DNA of 64,000 nt from Euglena gracilis (Eukaryota). Position 1 is the stretch's first letter. Every line of letters begins with the position of its first letter. Location of the stretch: positions 27,865,735 through 27,929,734 of the forward strand of contig CP154954.1 in assembly GCA_039621445.1 (NCBI GenBank), read 5' to 3'. Below the pieces are notes generated by a model. It was given only the letters and a program-made list of their open reading frames with translations. It was not told where the DNA came from and searched no databases. The position numbers and the translations under genes were made by a program. Of the stretch, positions 55,737 to 64,000 are shown in pieces.

Positions 55737-56010
55737 CAGGCTTCTTTTTAAGTCAGCAGACCCCCCCCCCGGGGGGGGGGGGGGGGGGGGGGTCCGGGCC
55801 CGGCCCCCTCCCGGGGGGGGGGGGGGGTCCCGCGCCGGAGGCGCTGGGTATACCTTTTCGGCGAAGCGCCGAAGATTTTTGGAAATTGCCTTTAACGGGC
55901 CCGTTTTTGGGGGGGGGTCCCTGCCCCCCCCCCCGGGGGGGTCCCGCGCCACCCTGGGTGGGTGGGGGGGACCCCCCCTCCCCCCCCCGGGGGTCTTAAA
56001 AAGAAGCCTG
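55737..56010. mobile_element. hAT-like MITE, TIR CAGGCTTCTTTTTAAG, 8-bp TSD GCTGTTAT
   Basis: Perfect TIR and TSD. Confidence 0.88.
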
Positions 56011-56037
56011 GCTGTTATCATCAGACAGCCACCGGAC

Positions 56038-56145
56038 CCCCCCACCGGACCCCACCGGATCCCACCGGATCCCACCGGATCCCACCGGGGGTCTTTTAAC
56101 CATTTAACTAGTGGGTTCCCACCGGATCCCACCAGATCCCACCAG
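56038..56145. repeat. 10-mer tandem repeat (cccaccggat)n
   Basis: Directly visible. Confidence 0.85.
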
Positions 56146-59071
56146 AGTTTTTTTTTCCATGCACAGATTTTTCTTCTGGATTTATGGCCCATGTGAGAAG
56201 AATCATTTCCGAATGTGCAATTTGCACAAATTTCCACCAGTACCCCATCTGTAGTTGATTTACATTCTTTTTTTGTCTGGTTTCCTGCACACCAGCAACA
56301 ATCTTTTCCTTTTTGGCCATTTTTTTGGCTATTTTTGGACCACTTTTGGCCACTTTTGTCCACTTTGGGCAGTATTTGGCAATTTAGACCATTTTTGGCT
56401 GTTTGAATGCATTTTTGCTTAATTTTCACCAATTTTTGGCTGCTTCTGGCTATTTTTGCATATTTTTGTCCAATTTTAGGCCACTTCTGACTGCTTTTAT
56501 CCACTTTTTGCCCCTTTTGGCCATTTTGTGGCCATTTGCACAGATTTGGTGACCATTGGTACAGCTTTGGTATGATCTGGCGGCAAAACCAGGTGATTTG
56601 GGCCAAATTTGTGGATGAAACTGACGACCCCAGGGTGAGCAATGAGTACATGACATCATGTGGCGATCCCATGTGACGATGGGGCAAAGGATCCTGAGCA
56701 CCTGGCTGGGCCATTGCTGTTGATTGCCTCTTGATGCCTTGTTGATGGCCTCTTGGTGTTCTCTGCTTTGCGGTTTTCCATCAAAAAATCATGTATTTTG
56801 GGTTCATTTTTCAAAAGCAGGGTCGACCCCCCCACCTCCCGGTTGGGGGGTCCACCCCTCCACCAGGACTTCCCATTCTGCCGTGGCCTGCCCCGAAAAG
56901 ACCATTACATACCTCTCCCCTCTTCCCCTGGAAGTTGGCAACCAGCCCAAACAATCACTTAGTCATTGACCAACCCCCTCCCTTGCACATTGTGTAAATC
57001 GCCCAAAAATTCTGACGCTCTGTAAACGGAAGAGGAAGAATATACAGACCTTTTTGGTCCTCTGTCTGCGATTGAAGTACTGGGTCATTTGGAGATGATG
57101 GGGGAAACCGCGTGAAAAAAAAAAACAGGAGAATGCAAAGAAGCGGTTTTCCGCTTCCTCAACCCCAACGAAATAATTTTTGGACAGATCACTAACCCCC
57201 CCCAAATATGACCCCCCCAAATGCAAAACCCCGCCCAAATATAAAAACCCCCTGAGGACCTTGAAACCCCGCCCGAATATAAAACCCCACCTCAGGCGCA
57301 AAGCGCCGGAAGGAAAAAAAAGACAAAATCTCTCTGAAATTGTGATTTTTGGCAGATTTGGGAGCAGTTTTTACCCAAAAGTGTGAAAATTGCTCCTTCG
57401 CCCGAAAATTGAAAATTTTGGACCCTCAGGGGTGGACATATTTGTGATTTTGGACCGAAAAAGTGACTGCTGGTCCCGCCAAAAAGTTGATTTTTCCGAC
57501 CGAAAAAAAAATATACCCCCCCCCCCCAAATATAAAACCCCCGCGGGGGTCGTGAAATTTCCGCCTAAATACAAAACCGGGGGGTTTTGTATTTGGGGGG
57601 GGTTATATCAGAAGAAGAATACCACTGAACAATCTGAATAGGAAATTACACTGCATTCATTGAAAACATCAAACTGTCAAGAGAAGTAAATGTTATATGT
57701 TGGTGAGTTGCACACATTGCATATACGGTTAAAACTGGCCAACACTTACTCTCGTTATAGCATGTGGGTAGCAATAAATTCAATTCAAGGAAGTTCAACT
57801 TAAAATTTTTGACTTTGAAACTTTGAAATTTTGAGAACAATTTTACGGGGTTCAAATTTGACTCCAAAAAAATTACCAAAAATGTTGTGCAAGGTTGCAA
57901 CAAAACTTTGACCTACTTTGGGACCCGTATAGGGGGTCCCCCAAAACCCCCCCAAACCCCATTTTTTTCACATCTTCTAAAATTTCAACATTTCTCATAT
58001 TTTGATTTTCAGAGATTTTTGAAGCAAAAAAAAATGCCATTGAAAATCCAAAAAGTTTCCAAAGAGAAAAACTCTCAGTAAAATTCGAATGCTCCAAAAT
58101 TTGGTCCCATTTTTTTGACCTGCATTTTTTGATCCCTCCTGATAACTAACAATTTTCAACCCGAAAATTTTGGAGATTTTTTTGGGGGAAATGTTGTTTT
58201 CCATCAAAAAATGATGTATTTTCTTAGGTGGCCTATCTCGCACTTAGCTTTGAAAGTGACTGTAAATTTGCGCCGACGCGCAAATCTAAAAAAAGTCTGT
58301 TTTCGAACACCGTGGCCTGAGACTCAGGACAGTCTGAAGATAGTGTCTCCCTGCCCCAGGGCCTTGGGGACGAAAGCAACGACTTGGAACTCCACGGTCT
58401 ACTGTCACAGCGTTCCCGGGGCCCAGTGTGCATGAACACAAAGCGCCGGGTGATGAAACAAGGGGACTCCATTGTGCATTTGCGCTTTGGCGCAATTTTT
58501 TTTCATTACAAAAAATAAAACCATTTGCGCTTTGGCGCAATTTTTTACTTTTTGTATTTCAACATGTGGGTGACCATTGCCACACTTGCACAATGATAAC
58601 AACATATGTGTAAACGTGTGCTTCCATTGCGCCAAAGCGAAATGGGTAGGCTCATGAAGAATGGAAATTTAAGAGTTATATTGCGCCAAAGCGCAAGCAG
58701 AAATACAATTTTTAAAATTGCAAAAACAACATGGCCGAAGCGCAATATAACTGGTTAAAACTTATCTCACAACGCAGGGAGAAAACGGCCCTGGTGGAGT
58801 AAGAACACCAGAGGGGATAGAGCAGAAAAATGTAGTACAGGTGGATGGCAGCCTACTCTCAGTCACGTTGCCTTAAAATTGGTCAACATTGCGCGTCGGC
58901 GCAAGAGCCACGTTGCTTTTACAATTTTAAAAATATATTTCTATTGCGCTTTGGCGCCATATAACTCTTAAATTTTCATTTTGCAAAAGCCATCAATTTT
59001 TATTTTCTATTTTTATCATTGCCAGTGGAGAGAGCAGTCCTGGGAGCATCTCATCACCAAGCACCTATAGT

Positions 59072-59204
59072 AAAAATGGCCGAAAATGGCCGAAAATGGC
59101 CGAAAATGGCCGAAAATGAAATTTTGGGCTCTATAGGTGGGGGTTCCGAAAATGGCCGAAAATGGCCGAAAATGGCCGAAAATGGCCGAAAATGGCCGAA
59201 AATG
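59072..59204. repeat. 10-mer tandem repeat (aaaatggccg)n, related tract at ~60915-60998
   Basis: Directly visible. Confidence 0.9.
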
Positions 59205-59647
59205 AGAAAAAATTTGTTGCAAAAATTTTCGAGTTTTTTTTTTTGCCTGACAGTTTCTTTTTCCCTGAGGGGCAGTGCGACTGATTCTTGTCTCTGTGCA
59301 GCCTCTCTTCTTTTGTTATTATGCCTGGCCCTGCAACCCATTCTGCGCAAAGAACCACCTGCGAAAGGGTTATTTGGGCCAAAGCTGATATTTTGATGGC
59401 ATTTCAGAAAAAAATTGGTGACAAGGGCGATGCTGGCAATGTTCTTGTACATTTTGAAGATTTAAACCCATTTTTGGAATAATTTCTCCACAAATTTCCA
59501 ATATTACTCCCATGTTGGCCATTTTGGATCAATTTTTGCTAATTTGGGGATATTTTGCACTGATTTGGCAAATATTGGGCTAATTTGGGTTTTTTGTGGT
59601 CATTTTGGGGGGTTTCTGTGGTCATTTTGCTAGGTTGGGAGCCAGTG

Positions 59648-60215
59648 GATGCAGTGGCTACAGATACTGGACAAGATGCAATGGATGCAGATGCTGAACA
59701 AGATGCAGACTGAACAAAATGTCGACATTGGACAAGATGCAGATGCTGTATGAGATGCAAATGCTGGACAAGATGCAGATGCTGAACAAGATGCAGACGC
59801 TGGACAAGATGCAGATGCTGTATGAGATGCAGATGCTGGACAAGATGCAGATGCAGAACAAGATGCAGACACTGGACAAGATGTAGACACTGGACAAGAT
59901 GCAGAGATGCTGTTCAAGATGCAGATGCTGGACAATATGCAGATATTGGACAAGATGCAGACGTTGATGCAGACACTGGACAAGATGTCGACACTGGAGA
60001 AGATGCAGATGCTGTACAAGACGCAGATGCTGGACAAGATGCAGATGCTGGAGAAGATGCAGTGGATGCAGATACTGGACAAGATGAAGATTTTGACAAG
60101 ATGCAGGTATTGGATAAGATGCACACACCAGACAAGATGCAGGGATTGCTGATGCAACGGATGTAGATATTGGACAAGATGTAGATGCTGGGCGAGATAA
60201 CAAGATGCAGGTATT
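59648..60215. repeat. 18-mer minisatellite (gatgcagatgctggacaa)n
   Basis: About 30 degenerate copies; explains the repetitive ORFs on both strands. Confidence 0.9.
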
Positions 60216-61860
60216 GGGTGAGCACATCTGATGTCAATATTTCAACATTATGGACCAATCACATGTTTGCTTGTTTTTGTTTGCTTTTCTTTGCTTGCAC
60301 ATGCTGCTCAACGAACCACCTCCAAATGGGCAAAGCCGATTGTTTTGATGACATTTCAGAAAATTGTGGTGACAAGGTGCAACTAGGCAAAGTATGTGAA
60401 GTGTTTTTTTTCCTCTGTTAAAGGTGTGATTCCTGCATTAGGTTTATTGCACACAAGTGGATGGGATATAACAGTGCCACCATCAAACAATGTTGCTTGG
60501 GGTATCAAGTTGGAATGGGTGAGGGGAAGTTGTTTGTGAAAAGTATCCACGACAAGAGGTTTGAAGAGAAAAGCATCAGTTGTGGTGTTGCCATCCACCA
60601 TTGTGGTTAATATGTCATGTGCCAACCACTCTCATGAGGCGTCCCAAAAACCCCCAACAAAAAAAGACCAAACTGGACAAGAGCCTCCCTGGCAGAAAAA
60701 AAGAAGCTTATTCCCAAAACCTTGCATTTACATATTGCAACAAAAAACTCTTTGACCTCTTTAATCCCTGAGCGCCCATTCCAAGCGAACCTCTTTGGAT
60801 GCGTTAGCTTGTCACGATTGCTTTCATGTTGACTGAATGATCAAAATGTATTGTTGGTATTAAAGTATTTTAAGGCAGCTTTACCCCCCACCTATTAACC
60901 CCCTCCCTATGGAAAAAATGGGCGAAAATGCGCCGAAAATGGCCGAAAATGCCTCGAAAAAGGCCGAAAATGGCCCGAAATGGCCGAAATGGCGAAAAAT
61001 CTGCCCTCAATACTATAGGTGCTTGCTCATCACCAGAGCGGACAGAGCTCAGGTGGAGGGAAACCTTGCCTGGGACAGGAAGCCAACCCCCTGGTGTGTG
61101 AAAGCAACCACCAACTACTTGATATCCAGACGTGTCTTGTCCTGTGCGTTGTGAGCCCAACTTCCAGTGCCAGAGATTCCTCCCACTTACCTCGTAGTTA
61201 AGCATGCCTGAGGGGCCCTTCTTTTTCGCCGACTTTTGAAAGTCGGAAAATACCTGTTTGGAAAATAACAGGCACCAGATGAACCCTGGGAGTCACAGCC
61301 GAGGAAACGTTTTTTTTTCCCGCCGAAAAGGTGTTTTAAAGAAGCTCGTCACCCCCTTTTCCTCACCCAGGATTTGAAGCACACAACTTTGGGGATGGGA
61401 GAATGGAATTGAGAAATCGAAATGGTCCATTAACAACGGCGGAGAAGGGAAGACATGTTGACACACTTTTTTTTTCGGTAATTGCAACCCACCAGACAGC
61501 CACATCACACCGGGCAGATGGAGGACATGGTTCAGCCAAAACATGTCTTTCTGTCAACATCCCAAAACCCCTATTTTGTGCACCGAGTGCAAGGTCACTA
61601 AGGCTCCACAGCCCACCGCCCACGATTTGTCTTATTGGAACAGCCACTCCCTCCCCTGTGCCTGAATAGTTGAAAAGCACCAACCGAGCTTCTGGCACAG
61701 CAGCGTTCAAACCCCCCTCATCATTCTCCTCTATCGCCCACCTTCTCACACAGCACGAACACATTCAAATGCATCTGCTTTTTGAAAGGACACTGCGCTT
61801 AAGCGCAAATTTTTAATTTGCGCTTAAGCGCAAGTTAAAAATCTGCGCTTAAGCGCAAGG

Positions 61861-62186
61861 TAAAACAGAAGCCCCCTGAGCTTATGGGAGTCCCTCTGAT
61901 GTGTTACGGTGTGTTGGGGGCCCCTCTCTGAACGGCCAGTGTGCGGACTTGGTGAGGAAATACATTGCGCCAAAGCGCAATGGACATGCCTACGTAATGC
62001 ATTATTTGATCATTCAGATTACACGTCAACCGTGTGTTTGCATTTCTCGTTTTTTTGCATGATGCTTTGCGCTTCGGCGCAAGGTATTTCCTCACCAAGT
62101 CCGCGCGCTGGCCGTTCAGAGAGGGGCCCCAACACACCGTACCACATCAGAGGGACTCCCATAAGCTCAGGGGGCTTCTGTTTTAA
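61861..62186. repeat. Foldback element with ~120-bp inverted arms, flanked by GCGCTTAAGCGC palindromes
   Basis: 61861-61980 is the near reverse complement of 62067-62186. Confidence 0.8.
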
Positions 62187-62994
62187 ATTGCGCTTAAGCG
62201 CAAATTTTTACCTTGCCTTCTGTGCCCGGCAGTGTGGGGCCTGGAGTTGCTCACCAGACGTTGGGACAGGTCCATGGGCTTGCCCTCAATCCCCCCAACA
62301 CCGCCCGCCTGGGTGGTTCCCACTGTACCGCTCCTCGCACTTCAAGCACCCAGGGATCAGAACTCTGTGATGCCATTTTTTCCCAACTTTTCACAACGTG
62401 CATGCAGAGTCCACCCTCTGGACGCCTCAGCAGGCAACCCTTAACGGACGCATCGCAGATCCCAAAAAAAACAACAAAAAGGGCCAAATTACACCCGGAT
62501 TGTGTAGCACCATCAGGGGAGCACAGTAGAGGCTTCAAAAACGAGGGACTCGCAATGGGGGTTTTGGCACTTTTTGGGTGAAATTCACGTGTCCCGGCGG
62601 TCAAACCCAGGGTTTTGAACCTTTTTAAAATGCTGCACAGGCTGAAAAACACCAAAATTGGGCCTGTTCCCCAGGTCCCAACATCGGAAAATGATGCACA
62701 CGCCACCGTAGAGGGTCTCCGCGGAACTAGAGGGTCCAAAGGGTGGGTTCTACCGCCGGGTCTCAAAAAGTTTGAAAATTTGCGCCAAAGCGCAAGCTAA
62801 AAATCAAAACCTTAAGTGCAAGTTAGGCCGCCTAAGATTTTGGGTTCATTTTTCAAAGCAACTTTCAAAAAATTTCCCAGCCAAAATCCTTATTTTTCAG
62901 CTGAAGTGTATTAGGACAGATTTTTTTTTTGCTCAAGGACCGCCCTGACAGAAGAGCATCAAATCGCTTCATTATTCATTTTTTATTTTTCCAG

Positions 62995-63118
62995 GTTCAT
63001 GCAGCTGCGACAAATCGAAGCAGCCCGAGACATCGCTATCCTTCTGAGCAATGGCAAGAACCGCGTGATGCTGGATGCGGATACCCTGTTGCTTGACCTC
63101 AAGCCTCGGTCGTCGTAG
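62995..63118 (+). CDS. PHB2: Prohibitin-2 exon 7 (FMQLRQIEAARDIAILLSNGKNRVMLDADTLLLDLKPRSS*)
   Basis: Polypyrimidine tract plus ccAG acceptor, phase 2 matches exon 6. PHB2-type C-terminus NRVxLDADxLLL. TAG at 63116-63118. Confidence 0.9.
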
Positions 63119-64000
63119 GTCACAAAGCATCTCCTCCTTTCTGTTATTTTTGCATTTTTTTCTCTGGCGGCAGACAGCACCACGAGTGCCTTCAGGGCTG
63201 CTTTGTACCTACCAATACCAGAGGGGGGGGTCAGACACCTCTTTCCCTCTCATTATTTGATGCGCATTTCACGTTTCCTCACCATTATGGCAGAAGCTGG
63301 CAAAGAGCCAAGCCATTTCCCTACTCCACATTTTCCCGCAGAACATCTTGCATGTTGGGGATGGTTCGCTCATTTTGGTGGGGAATGGCCCCGCTCAATA
63401 TTGCGGACAACCATCTGCACACCGTTGCGTTGTTGATGCACATCTCGTGTAAATGGCACGTTTCCGGGACATTGTCTGCCATTTTCAATTGCAGCGCTCT
63501 GAGGTTGCCACACCGTGTCGTTGACTCACACCTGCGTCAACGGCACATTCCTGGAACACTGCCGTGCCTTACCGGTGACCCTCAGCCGATGCAAAGGAGC
63601 AGATGCCCCCACCTTTCCCTCTCGGATGACTCGCACAGGGCGGCGACGGTTGTTTCTTGGCCGCTCCGGGCAGTGTCCGGCTGGGCAGGACTGTACCTAC
63701 CGCAGACCAGGAGCCTTTGGCCCCTCCTTTTCGCATGCTTCCAAATCGTCGTCGCCTCTGGTTGTTCCAAGCATGTCGCCATGCACCCGAGGGTTTTCAT
63801 GAGCGATGCCACACAGCGCATGTGATGTTGACCGCAATAGAAACGCGAGGTGTGCGTTCCCCACTGGCATTTGAAAGCTTTGATGATTTGGCCTGGAAAG
63901 CGGAGGCATCCCATGCTTCCTTAATGATAGCATACAATGCAGTCACTTTCATATGGAGTGCCACAGGTGACTCGCTACTCCTTCACGACTGTGCGCCGCT

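Noticed and set aside
59630-60258. Repetitive Cys/His/Gln-rich ORFs
   Set aside because: Translations of an 18-bp minisatellite inside PHB2 intron 6.
63203-64000. Short ORFs downstream of PHB2
   Set aside because: No recognisable motif or splice-supported exon; left unannotated.

Overview
Eukaryotic nuclear DNA, almost certainly from a euglenid: it carries the Euglena-type spliced-leader (SL) sequence and euglenid-type nonconventional introns. Right half (31027-63118, +): one 7-exon prohibitin-2 gene (876-nt CDS, 291 aa) spread over 32 kb. It has four GT-AG introns and two stem-forming nonconventional introns, and the introns are filled with MITEs, foldbacks and tandem repeats. Left half (1-30493, -): a head-to-tail chain of four elements, each joined to the next at SL sequence. 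Three are RT/restriction-like-endonuclease (CRE-type) non-LTR retrotransposons; the fourth has no RT inside the window. The two 5'-complete units encode T2A-like ribosome-skipping peptides. Nested in the last unit is a 17.9-kb Ty3/gypsy chromovirus-like element with 429-bp LTRs. It has a 1431-aa Gag, a UAG-plus-hairpin readthrough junction into protease, a Dam/DIRS-like adenine methyltransferase domain between protease and RT, and an extra ~2000-codon ORF with its own splice acceptor. Several homopolymer-rich patches look like low-quality consensus, so some frameshifts may be artefacts. All family assignments come from motif recognition by eye; no searches were run.
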